From NCBI GenBank assembly GCA_013265495.1, contig MU058198.1, positions 570,419 through 634,418 of the forward strand: a DNA stretch of 64,000 nucleotides. The letters are read 5' to 3'. Below, piece by piece: positions 11,715 through 23,142 of this stretch. The notes under the pieces were generated by a model. That model was given only the letters and a program-made list of their open reading frames with translations, was not told the origin of the DNA and ran no database searches. The stretch comes from Vicugna vicugna. Its lineage: Eukaryota. Position 1 is the first letter of the stretch. Every line of letters starts with the position of its first letter. Position numbers and translations under genes: made by a program.

Positions 11715-12924
11715 CTTTTCATCTTAAAGGAAATCTAGTTTGATCTTTTTTGTTTACCAAGGAAAGACTGGGGCCAAAACATTAATAATTCATATGGTCA
11801 TTTTTTATAATTACCAGTCTCAGGAAAGGTATATCCCACTATTTAATACGTAACCTCTTCCAGTGCTTAGCCTAGCATTTGATTTTGCAGGATTTGGACT
11901 TTTCTGAGGGCAAGAGTTCACTGGAGCTGTGGAAATAGCTTATTAAGAGCTGGAAGCCTGCTAGGAGCGAATGAGGGAGAATGCTACTGTTGAAGCTCGC
12001 ACCAAAGCTGCTAACTTGCACAGCGTTAAGAATCCAACTTTTGGTGCTGCCTAATTATCTAATGTGAGCATAGTAAAGTGGTCCTCATTTTTACCTCCTT
12101 TTGAGGAGATACTGCATTTGATAATCTGCAAGACAGTGAGAGAAGAGCCCCTCCCTTTTCCTATGGCCACCCTTTAACTCTTGTTCAATTCACACGTTGG
12201 GAATACTGAATAGGACTGGGAACACTTTATCACTCATACTGAGTAGAAAACAAGGACCCATTCGGATGAAGATGAAGATCTTTTTTTCTGTCACATGTCA
12301 CTGTCCCATGAACAACCACAGGCAATCTTCCTTCCCCCAAATGAAAAGTAATAGTTGTAAAAAATATATGAAGTTGGAATGCTACCTCTAACCTCATGGT
12401 GGGCATACATACAGGTTATAAAAATAATTTAAAAAATCAAAGATGTTCAGCCATGGAATACAGCAAATCAGATTGGGATGTGGTACAGTGAAGTCACGTC
12501 CCTGTTAATTAAGGTTCTAAAGACAGCTCTGAAGACAAATCGTGTCTAACCAAAATTAAACTTCACAATAAAATACTACCTTTTTGTTTATTTATTACTC
12601 GACAGATATCCCTTTTTGGTCAGTTTCTCTGTAGCTCTCAATTTTTCATTTTCTTGAGGTGGTTGTCAAAGTTGCCACTAGAACCATGGTTTTGCTTCTC
12701 AGCTTATGGGGGGGAAATCCCTTTTTCACGCTTCCCATAGGTTTTAACCTGTTTTCAGGATTAATTTCATTGATCTGTGTGGTACACGTGATGTAATAGG
12801 TTTGGATTCAGTGGGTATGGCTAGACATGCCGAGAAGCACGTGATGTTGCTCTGCTCTACTGCCTCCTAAGTTACACGGCCCCTCTTTACCACTCACAGC
12901 TTTCACAGTCCGTTTTGTACCCAG

Positions 12925-13045
12925 AAACCAACAGCAGTGGCACCTGGGAACTTGTTAGAAATGCAGGAGCCCACGCCCCGCCCCAGACCTGACTCAGAAC
13001 CTGCATTTTAACAAGATCCCCGGGTAGTTTGTGCACATTCAAGCC
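12925..13045. mobile_element. MER5A-like hAT-Charlie fossil upstream of the VPS35L promoter
   Basis: cacctgggaacttgttagaaatgcag...ccccagacct...ctgcattttaacaagatcccc. Confidence 0.75.
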
Positions 13046-13189
13046 CTGCTTTATGGCATTTCTGCGTAGTATGTTGCCATGGAGAGAAAAGGCCTGGAAA
13101 CAGGAAGGTCCCAGAAAGCACAATTTGATTTTTTAGCCTGTCTAGTGATACACAGTTTCAACTGAGGTCAAGGGCATTTGGAGACCCAA

Positions 13190-13960
13190 GCTACGAGTCT
13201 CGAGAATACCGGAAGTGCCGGACTTTCACGGGGCACGGAGGGGGACGCGGTGGCCCGGGGAGGGGCCAGGGCTTGCCTAGCCATACTGCGAATGAGCTGC
13301 AGAAGCACGCGCCGGCTGGGCTCCAGACACCCTCCTCCCTCCCCAAGCCGCAGTTCGCGCCTTCCCTCCGCAGGTGTCTGGATTCTCACCGCCTCCAGGG
13401 GGCGCCGGTGGGCCAGGCGGCCGGCTGCCACTCTCAGGCCCGGCGCCCGCCAGCGCCGCGGCCGCCTCCCGGGCCGACGCTGCCCGTCACAATCATGGCG
13501 GCCGCGGCGGGGCGGGGTCTGGGAGGGCGGAACGGGCCGGCGGGCCTAGCGCTAGCGGTCACGTGACCGCGAAGATGGCCGCCTTCCCCTGGTAAGGAAG
13601 GAGCGGCGGGTGGGCCCTGGGGAGGGACCGGCCTTGGCTGTCTCTGGGACTCCGTCTCTGTCTCGGTGTGCGTCTCTGTGCGGGTGTGTGTGGACTTCTG
13701 TCTGTAGGGCTTGCTGGGCTCTCCCATCGCCCCCTCGGCTTGTCGTGACGGCAGAACCCCGGCCGCTACCCGGGCTCGGAGGGGCCCCCTGAAGCCAGCT
13801 GGGTGGGATCTTGGTCCTTCCCCGGGCTACCCCTCCCCGCGTCTTCCACGCCCCCCTCTCCGTTCATTCCTAAAAGAAAGCTCAAGTTTTCTGGTTTCCG
13901 CTTTCCCAGAAGTTGGCACGCGTTCTGGGAGCGCTGTGTGCAGAGCATAGTGGACTCCGC
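13190..13960. promoter_or_regulatory. CpG-island promoter of VPS35L (ETS site ACCGGAAGTG 13208-13217, GC boxes about 13508-13530, CLEAR/E-box palindrome 13555-13570, YY1/TISU-like start)
   Basis: Sharp rise in GC and CpG density around the ATG exon; motifs read directly from the sequence. Confidence 0.9.
13575..13591 (+). CDS. VPS35L: VPS35L exon 1 coding part MAAFP(W)
   Basis: gaagATGG in good Kozak context, donor TG|gtaagg; phase 2. Confidence 0.92.
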
Positions 13961-16744
13961 TCTGGTCTGGATGACTGGAGACCTGGCTGTTTCCTGAACG
14001 ACTCGGTTCTTCCGGAGGAGACTTGCTGTTCTCCTCTGTAAAGTGGCTGCCATTCATCTTACTCTATGCAGGGCCCTGCACTGAGCACTGAGGATGCACA
14101 GCCCTCAGACCTACTCCTTGGCCTCAAGGAGCTGGCAGTTCAGTGAAGCAGGCACACAGATTAGAAGGATTTCCAAAGAAGGCATTGGGATGAGGCCCAA
14201 CCACACCTGCTGGGTTAGGGGAAGGCTTGAGAGAGGAGGAGTCTTAAACTGGGTTTTGGAGGATGAATAGGAGCTCATCAAGAAGGAGCTATGGCTGACG
14301 GGCCTGTCAGGGCTCTTAAGGCTGGAGCTGGGAGTGATCGGAGCTTCAGGCTCCAGCTGCTGCTATGAGTGCGTGAAGAACTGGAGCAGGTTGTGATGGC
14401 GGTGGTGGAATTATTTGAGGACGTGAGCTCTCCCTTACGTTTCAGAGAGGGAGATTATTTTCAGATCTTTCTCTGCAAAACATGTGAAATGGTTTACATT
14501 AGATAAGTGAACAAATGCACCACTGACCTTAGAAATAATCAGATACATCTTTCTGGTTTTATGCTTGATCAACAGCTGTCTTCCTGGTATTCCCTTCACC
14601 TGGCTAACTCTTCCTTCAAAAGCCTTGATACACTAAATCAGGATTGGATGCCGCTGAGCTCTTTCTACTGCGTCCTGCCCTGGGTTTTCTTTGACCTAGT
14701 CATGCAAAGCACCTTTGGAATCACTAAAGCTTAAATGCGAAGACATCTCTGGCTTCAATGAACTCATCTGGAATTTTGTAATCAGAAAATTGAGGAAGAT
14801 GCTGTTTAATCCCAGTCACTTTTGTTATTTGTACTTTACAAACATCTAGTGTCCCCACAGTTCCCAGCCTGGCTGTGCTCTCGACGTTTCTCCCTGTGGT
14901 AGCCCATGCTCATCTTTCAGGTTCCTCACTGGACTTTTGCTCCTTAAGTTAAAGGGGTTGAGTTTTAACCATCATTGTATCTCCAGTGTCTGGCATGGAG
15001 GTCGGCATCTAGTAGGTGCTCAGTAATATTTATGGAATGAATGAAGAAACAGGAGAGGCCAACAGAGGAGAAATGTGTTTCTGTTATTAAATTTGACATT
15101 TATGGAGCCTTTATTTTGTGCCAAGCACTGTGCTAAATGCTGACCGGGCATCTGATCCTCATCTAATCATCTAATCCTCATAATAACCCCATTTTTAAGA
15201 TGAGGAAATGGAAGTAGAAAAATGAAGCAGTTCACTTAGTTTTACAGACTGTAAGGAGCCCTGAGGTTTGATGCTCAAAGCCTGTGATCTTAATTGTTAT
15301 CATCAGCTGGACCCCCAGTCTAGGCCCTGGGCTGAGGTTTCTGGGTGACAGGGCTGTGTTGTCATGGGTCTCCCCAGAATGCCTCTTCTCACCCACACTT
15401 TTTGTTATCTCTAACCTCACATGTGAGATGTCTGGTACACCGTGGGCTGTATTTCCTATTCAATCCTGTGATAATAGCACGCTGAAAAATACCTCCCCTT
15501 GAGTCAGAATTTATACATTATTTTAAGGCTTTAGTGGGGAGAGGGGGTATATTGTGATTGTGGGAGAAGAAAACTCCGTGGCCAGATCAGGTTATTAGTA
15601 ATTTAAAAATCATTTGAGAATTAAAATAGCTGATAAAAAGCTGTTAGTGGATTTCTGTATTTCCAGTATAAAATTAACTTGGTAACCTGTAATAGAATTT
15701 CTAAGCATCCATGTTACCAGATGTAGATAATTTAAAAATAGGGAGGTGTCACCCTTTAATGTATGTATAAATCACCCGAGAATTTTGTTGAACTCCAGAC
15801 CCTGATTCTGTGCGTGGAGGGTATTTGGTATTTCAACACTCCCCGCAGTAATACCTGTGCTCTTGATCTGTGGCCCACACTGGAATAGCTAGGAGCCAGA
15901 CCCAGCCTGGAGTGCGGGTACAGAATGCTGGTTTTTTCGCTGTGGCAACTGCCAAGGAATCAGCTCTGTTAGCAGGAAAAAGGAAAGTTAGGCTTTTTGA
16001 GAGAATGCCCTCTAGAGGTCGCTGTTAGCCTTACCAAAGACCCAGGCGTTGAGGAAAATGCTTTGACATTGTAAACTGTAGGAAACTCAGTGTTTTACTA
16101 AGGAGTGGAGAACAGATTTGAGTAAATAATGGAAGAAGTGATTGAAAAATAAAAAATACAGCAATTTGACATGGGCTTTCAGGAAGGGTAAAGTTTTCTT
16201 TTCCTTTTTTTAAAAGGTTTCTCCAGAAACTGTATTTTTTTCCCCAAGGAAGTCCCTCCCTTCAAACTTAAAAAAATTAATTTCAAAGCTTGGTCCTTTA
16301 AAAAAAAAGAATGTGTTTTCAAATTCTCAAGTTGTCTTATAGATGATCAGTAGAACTACTGACTCCCAGAGACGGGCTGCCTCGGTCTGCACTTGCTCAC
16401 CTCTCACATGTTACCAACAGCCCCAGGTTCTCCATCTGAGAAATGGGCATAATCATAGTGCCTAACTCATAGGATTGATTCATTGAGGAAATAGGGGTAA
16501 AGAGCTTGGCCTGATCCTGGAATATAGTGTCTGGGTGGGGGAAATTTCCCCCTGTACTTCTCTTGAGTACTTGTGGCTGATCTAATGAAAAAATTGACAC
16601 AAGACAGATTAATAGGAGAAAAAGAAATACATTTTAATTTGTGTGCACTGGAGGTCTCATAGAAAGGGGACCTAGGAAGTGGCTGAAGCAAGCAGCTTTT
16701 ATACTTTTTAGACAAAGATAGCAGAAGATAAATCCAGTTTCATT

Positions 16745-17480
16745 GCTCACAGATTCTGCCTTCCACAAAACACTAGGACATCATTCAGCCAAACTCTTGG
16801 GTATTTTATAGCAAGGATTTGCATTTCCTCCATCTTGTTCAATAACGTGTTCCTCCTTTCTGTCTGAGGCCTCATCCACATGACCTTTACCTTCCATAGT
16901 TGTACCAACATTCTGTTCACGACCACTTCTCTACAGCTCACCTCTTTCTGAGCCCTCATAATAATCACCTTTGTTAAAGAAAAAAACAGTTAAAAGTCAC
17001 AGCTTTTTTGTAGTGTATACTTCAAAACTTCTGCTGCGTCTACTCATTATCCAGTTCCAAAGCTGCTGGCACATTTTTAGATATTTAGATATATTCTAGC
17101 ACCCCACTTCTGGTACCAGTTTCCTGTCTGGGTTCATTTGGGCTGCTGTAACAAAATACTGCAGACTGGTTTACCTATAAGCAACCAAATTTTATTTCTC
17201 ACAGTCCTGAAGGCTGGAAGTCCAGGATCATTGCCCAGGCCTGGTCAAGTGAGGGCACGCTTCCTGGTTCATAGCCGGCACCTTCTCACTGTGCCTTCAC
17301 ATGGTGGGAGGGGCTCGGGAGCTCTCTGTACCCTCTTTCAAGGACGCTAATCCCATTCATGAGGGCCCCACCCTCATGATGTAAGTCCCTCCCACAGGCT
17401 CCACCTGCTAATACCATCACCTTTGGGAGTTAGGATTTCCACCTGTGAATTTTAGGGGGACACAAACATTCAGACCATTT
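16745..17480 (-). mobile_element. MaLR (MLT1A/B-like) LTR (about 17125-17480) plus adjoining internal sequence
   Basis: gggctgctgtaacaaaatac...ctgaaggctggaagtcc...cacaaacattcagaccat LTR motifs; LTR/internal junction ctggtaccagtttcc. Confidence 0.7.
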
Positions 17481-18827
17481 CACCTCTCCTGCCTTTTATG
17501 TTCCAGTCATCATGCATTTAATTCTACATATATTTCAAACACCTTAAGAAGTTGTTTTTTGTAGTAGATACTTACTTTCATCCACACCTTTATTTTTTGT
17601 ATACTCTTTAGTATATACATATATATATGTATGTATGCACAAATGTGTACATACGTATATACATATTAACATATATATATTTTTTGCTTTCGACAAGGAT
17701 CATTTTCCCTCTACTTTTAGCATTAAAAGATGTAAGCTGTGGTGCTATGGCTGCTGTCCTTTTTCTCTGCCTGTAAACGTCTTTCTTTTGCCCTTACATT
17801 TGTAGGATGTTTCCACTAGGTTTAAAATTTTTGGCTGGCTTTTCCTCCCCCCCCCCCCCCCCCCCCATGTGTTTCAGTTCTCATTTCTGTGCTGAGGTAA
17901 TCATCGTACTGTTGTCCTTTGAACATAACATACCTTTTTTCCTTTTAAGAAATCCTCTCTTTTTAGCATTTAACCATTTTGCTGGGACGGCCGTTTTACC
18001 ATGAAGTATGGTGGTTTCCTGTTTTGGTTTTGTATTGGTCTTGCTCGGGGCACAAGTGTTTCATGAATCTGTAGGTGGAGATCTTTTAGTTTGGGAAAAT
18101 TTTCAGCTATTATCTGCTTGCTCTTTCTTCTTTGGAAGTTTAGTCGTATGTGTGTAAGGCCGTTTCCTCATGTCCCTTGTCTTTTGATACCCTTTCTGTG
18201 TTTTTCGTCTTTTTTCCTCTCTGTGCTTCAGTGTGAGTAATCTGTCCTCTTTCATTTTCCATCTCACTAATCCCTTCACCTGCTAAGCCTCCACAAGACT
18301 GATGAAAACTGTCTACTCTTCATCTACTTGGCTCCTTTCTCTTGCTCTACATACTTGGCAAATACTGTGGAGGGAAACCAGGGCGGGATTTCTCACTCCT
18401 GCACTCCCTTCTCTTCAGCAGCTCTTCCTTCAAGCCCTGGCTGTCTCCGTAGCCCTGAACCCTAATTTATCTCTGCCACCTCATGAGTTTTCCTTAAAGC
18501 TCCTCTGGCTGCTCTGCCTCCATTCAGCTGCCCTCTGTCTGGCTTTCACCAAAGATCAGCAGTGCCTGGTAAGGATGGCTGGGCAGAAAGTTGGCTTCAC
18601 CTCAGTGACTTCTGTTCTGGTATCTGGCCTCACAGGTCTTGTATGCCTTGGCAGCTCCTACACCTTCAAACTAACTTAAAAAACCTTTTAAATTTACCAT
18701 TTCTTATTGGTCCTGGTAGAAATACTGTTCCACTGTAAACTGCTTCACCACTGAGGAAGTCTCAGCAAAACGTTCTTAGGGTGTATGCATCTCCCACTAA
18801 CTGGTTTCCGGGTGTGCTGTTTACCAG

Positions 18828-18927
18828 GCATTCCAGGAATAGGAACTACAAGGCTGAGTTTGCATCATGCCGGTTGGAGGCTGTGCCGCTGGAGCTTGGG
18901 GACTATCACCCACTGAAGCCCATAACT
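18828..18927 (+). CDS. VPS35L: VPS35L exon 2 [33 protein letters not shown]
   Basis: Branch-like cactaac at 18795, acceptor ttaccag, donor ACT|gtaagt; 100 nt. Confidence 0.96.
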
Positions 18928-19919
18928 GTAAGTTCTGTCAAGTGTCTCCCTGTGATGTTCTTATTCCATAAAGTTGCGGACAGTATTCCTGGGTCTTTTT
19001 TGTTTTGCCAGCGGTAGTTGCTTTTGCATATTTAAATCAACCAGTTTATTCTCTGCCCCATTTTTTGTGATGTTGGTCTCACCCACCACCCTGTTGATTC
19101 CCTTTCTTGTATTAATGAGGTGGTTATGAGTAGAGGATGCCGTTGTTCCTGATTTGGAGGTGAAAACAAAATACTTCTTAATCTGCCTATTCGGGATGTT
19201 AAGAATCACTCTAATGACCAATATAGGGTGCTGTCCGGAATAGCATCTTAGTTTATCTGTGAGTTTATTTAAAAAATAAAACAAAACAAAAAGCAGGCAA
19301 GAGACATAGATGGTCTGTCTCTCCCGGGCTAGCACTGCATTAGCAAGTAATAGAAGCTATGTGGTTGTCATCACGGGTGGCATGAGGTTGACAAATGCCA
19401 GTGGACCCTGAGGACAAAATGTTTCTTAATGACAGAGGACCTGAGGACACACAGAGACGATTACATAAAGCAGGAGGTCATAAGACCATGCTGTGGCCTC
19501 CCAGGGCCCGTCAAATCCCTGTGGGCTCATGTGGCTGTGGCTGACCCCCCAGGGAGCTGGTTCCATTCTCAGGAACTCGCTCCCCACGTGGTAACAGACC
19601 AGCTGCAGCAGCTCCAAGCTTATATCCTGCGTCCTTAGCAGCCCAACAACAGGGAGAGTCTCTTCTCCAGTGGTTTCGTGTGCCCAGTTGGGGTTATGTG
19701 TCTTTCCCTGAACCAACCCTGGTGACCAGGGTGTAGAATGCGCTGACTGACTGGGTTGGGGCTAGTGCCTACCCTGGGAACTGGGAGCAGAATCCACGCC
19801 ACCAGCCCTGGAAGAGCTGCGAGTCAGGCAGGGCTGTTTTCTCAAAGAAAATCTGGGCTATTGGACCTGGAAGGTGGAGGAATGGATGCCAAGCTGACAA
19901 AAGTGACAAACATGCACCA

Positions 19920-20610
19920 GTGGGAGGTACGTCACCCAGTCACCCGAGGTTAGTGTCAGACCCCACAGGTCTAGGGCAGGGTCTTCAATAAGACTGCTCT
20001 GGCTTCAGACTCCAGCTGCAGATTTGGGGGTCCCCAGACTACCCGGACTTCTGACCAACTGGCTACAAATCCCAGGGCTTTTTGAGACCCTCCTCCGACT
20101 TGATAATTTGCTAGAACAACTCACAGAGCTCAGAAAAGCACTATACTTATACTTACAGTTTTATTATAAAGGATACACGTGAGGACCAGTTGAATTAAGA
20201 GAAATATTGGGCAAGGTTTGGCAGGGTCCCAAACACAGAGCTGCTGTGCCCTCTGCCTGTGAAATCGGGGTCCGTCACCTCCCAGCACATCATGTGTCTC
20301 CTGAGCTTTAGTGTTCACACTTTTTATTGAGGTTTTATTACATAGGCATGACTGATTGATTCCTTGGCCACATGATTGAACTTGATCTTGAGCCTCCCTC
20401 CGCTCCGCTGAGATCAGGCTATTGTCACCTGGCTCAAAGTCCCAACCCTCAAATGACATGCTAGGGTTTTTCTTGGGACTGTGCTGTGGCATCTCATTAG
20501 CATAAACTCAGGTGTGATCAGGGGGCTCATGAATTAACAGGTGCTCTAAGGATTAAGAGTCTTCTTTCCAGGAACTAGCGACAAAGGCCAAATTCTCTTA
20601 TCCAGCACCA
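19920..20610 (-). mobile_element. MER21-like ERVL solo LTR
   Basis: cttctgaccaactggctacaaat...taatttgctagaacaactcacaga...cataggcatgactgatt, as in the other two copies. Confidence 0.65.
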
Positions 20611-21461
20611 TCCCCTTCATTCTATTATATGTCATCCTTTTCTCTCTCTCTCAATGTTTGTTCTCTCTGCTTCCCTATGGACACACACTCAAAGTGTCAC
20701 ACCATCACTGTCTCTCAGCCCCTGGCCTCCAGCTTCCTCATTTAGAAAGGAGTGGAGCCTAACTAACCCTTCCTGATGTTGATCCTAAATTTTCAGCAGA
20801 CAGACTCTAGTTGGATCCGCTTGACTCAGGGGTTCACCCCAGTCTGCTCATCTGAAGTGCGGAGGAGTGGGGGCCAGTGGAACAAAAACATGGCTTCATG
20901 CCCCATACCCCCACTCACCCCTCAGTACACACACCAGGAAGTAGCATCAGGAGAAATTCTCCAAAAAGGGAGGAGTTGGGCAGTCCCTGCTTCGTGGTGA
21001 CGAGGTGGCTGTGCAGTGCCACTGAGAACACCTTTGAGCACGACGATTCTGGGATTGTTCATACCCTGGTTCATTACCCTGCCAGACCAAATTGCTGTAA
21101 GATGCAGGTTCTGGTGCCGTGGGTCTGGGGCGGGGCTTGAGAGTCTCCATGCTTTATAAGCGGCCAGGGGAAGTGGATGCTGCTCGTCCACTTTGAGTAA
21201 GAAGGCCCTACAAGAATTCACGTACGTCACCGCCTTCTAAATCACAGTGGCCCCGTCCGTCCCTCCCTAACCCTAACTTCTCAGCTTCCCTTCCTCGATA
21301 GCTGGGATTCTGAGTCATGTCAATGTGTCACAAAAAATAAGTGTCCCCTCTGGAAAGGATTGGTCAGTTCAACTAATGGAACGAGAGAAAACCCATTTGA
21401 GTGTTTCGCTGGAAGAAGTCATAGGACACCTCCATTTTACTTCCACACGTTTTCCCCGCAG

Positions 21462-21629
21462 GTTACAGAGTCAAAGACAAAGAAGGTGAGCCGGAAAGGC
21501 AGCACTTCTTCCACGTCCTCTTCATCCTCCAGCTCCGTGGTGGACCCGCTGAGCAGCGTCCTGGATGGGACCGACCCCCTCTCCATGTTCGCGGCCTCTG
21601 CTGACCCCGCAGCCATGGCGGCTGCCACG
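21462..21629 (+). CDS. VPS35L: VPS35L exon 3 VTESKTKK...[27 protein letters not shown]...AAAT (Ser-rich)
   Basis: Acceptor ttttccccgcag, donor ACG|gtaacg; 168 nt. Confidence 0.96.
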
Positions 21630-21758
21630 GTAACGCTTCCAGCTGGTGGTCGGTCCTCTGGGTGCAGATCGGGGGGGGGGTGGTTTCATTGAACAAGGAA
21701 TGCACATTCTGGTTGTAACAATTCAAATAATCCAGATGTGATGACAGTGCTGGTGAGA

Positions 21759-21833
21759 GGAGGTGCTGGGGATTGAACCCAGGACCTCTTGCTTGCTAAG
21801 CATGCGCTCTGCCACTTGAGCTATACCCTCCCC
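21759..21833 (-). mobile_element. tRNA-Ala-derived SINE head (camelid Vic-1-like), no tail
   Basis: Reverse complement ggggagggtatagctcaagtggcagagcgcatgcttagcaagcaagaggtcctgggttcaatccccagcacctcc has A box, B box and an AGC anticodon-like loop. Confidence 0.8.
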
Positions 21834-22644
21834 TCCCCCAGGTTTAGTTCTTATACTGCCTTGTGTGAAAGCTGTTATAATCCTCATTTAAAGAGGCCCA
21901 CACGGAGGAATAGAGATGTTAAGTCACATCCAAGCTGGAATTCAAGCGCGGCCAGTCTGAATTCAGAATTCACCATCATTCTTTGCTGGCTTTGCACACA
22001 TCTATTTGACTTTTTTTTTTTTTAACATATATACTTTTTAAACTTGCCAATATGTCTTTGAGAACTTTCCATATTAGTACTTAGAAAACATCCTTATTTT
22101 GAACAGCTGCGTTGCATCGTAAGGAATAAGACATGCTTTAATTCACCACGATGGGCACATAGGCTGGTGTTTGCTACGTATGCAGTGGCGCTGTGCTGCT
22201 TGAGTGCATGTGTGTCTTGTTGCCTACATGCGAGGATTTCTGCAGGGTGACTTCTTAGGAGTTCATTCCTGGGTTAAGGCTGTGTGTATTTAAGGTTCTG
22301 ATGGCTGCTGCCAAATTGTTCTCCTAAAAGGCTTCACCGCTTTACACTCCCACCAGCACCGCAGTATTGCAGAGTCCCTGTCTCCCTGCGTCACTGCCAA
22401 CCTGGATATTCTCAGTCATTTTACATCTTGCCATGCTGATTGTCGAAGAATGATCTCTTTCAGGTTCCTTGTCCTTGATTTTTAATGAGTTTGAGCATCT
22501 TTTGATAGGTTTACTGGCCATTCGTGGTGAACTGGCCTGAAAAATTTTTGATTGTAGTAGACCTTTAGACCGAGATTCTGTATCCGTGTAGATATCACTG
22601 CTATTCTACACTGAAGGACTGTCTGCCTTCTGCTGCTCATACTT

Positions 22645-22875
22645 TTTTTTTTTAAAGCCATATTGAGGTATAATTGACAAATAAAATTGTAAGATATTTA
22701 AAGTGTGCAGTGTGATGATTTGATACACATATACATTGTGAAAGGATTCCTTCGACTGAGTTCATAGACTCATCTATCACCTTGCATATTTCCCTTTTTT
22801 TTTTGGTGAGAACATTTACATTCTACTGTCTCAGCACATTTCAGTTATATAGAACTGTGTTATCAACTGTCAGAT
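22645..22875 (-). mobile_element. L1MA-type 3' end
   Basis: Poly-T then tattgaggtataattgacaaataaaattgtaagatatttaaagtg...ggtgagaacatttaca. Confidence 0.7.
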
Positions 22876-22948
22876 CACCACGTTTGCTTATACTTTTAAA
22901 AAAAGATTTAAAAATTGCTGCTGAAGAGGTTGTCTTGCCTTTCCTTAG

Positions 22949-23071
22949 GACAGCGCCAGAAAGAAACGTGACAGAGATGATAACTCCATTGTAGGATCAG
23001 ATTTTGAGCCTTGGGCCAGCAAGCGAGGAGAAATCCTTGCCCGGTACACCACCACAGAAAAGCTATCTATT
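22949..23071 (+). CDS. VPS35L: VPS35L exon 4 [41 protein letters not shown]
   Basis: Acceptor ctttccttag, donor ATT|gtgagt; 123 nt. Confidence 0.96.
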
Positions 23072-23142
23072 GTGAGTACAAATACACTTTTCTCCCAGTG
23101 TCTGCTTTAGAGTTTTTAGTAATTTATTTTTGTTATTATTAT

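Larger units (their letters stand above)
905..11730 (+). other. CCP110: CCP110 gene, 3' portion (about exon 5 to the end of the 3'UTR); the 5' part lies upstream of the window
   Basis: Eleven GT-AG exons splice in consistent phase (1121 nt) into the recognisable CP110 C-terminus, from [21 protein letters not shown] to GVYAGKIQRKRPNVATI*. Located immediately upstream of VPS35L, as in human. Confidence 0.96.

Noticed and set aside
13168..14057. Cluster of overlapping ORFs on both strands in the CpG island as a hidden antisense gene
   Set aside because: The Arg/Gly/Pro/Ala-rich low-complexity translations are expected from stop-poor GC-rich DNA, and I recognise no protein.
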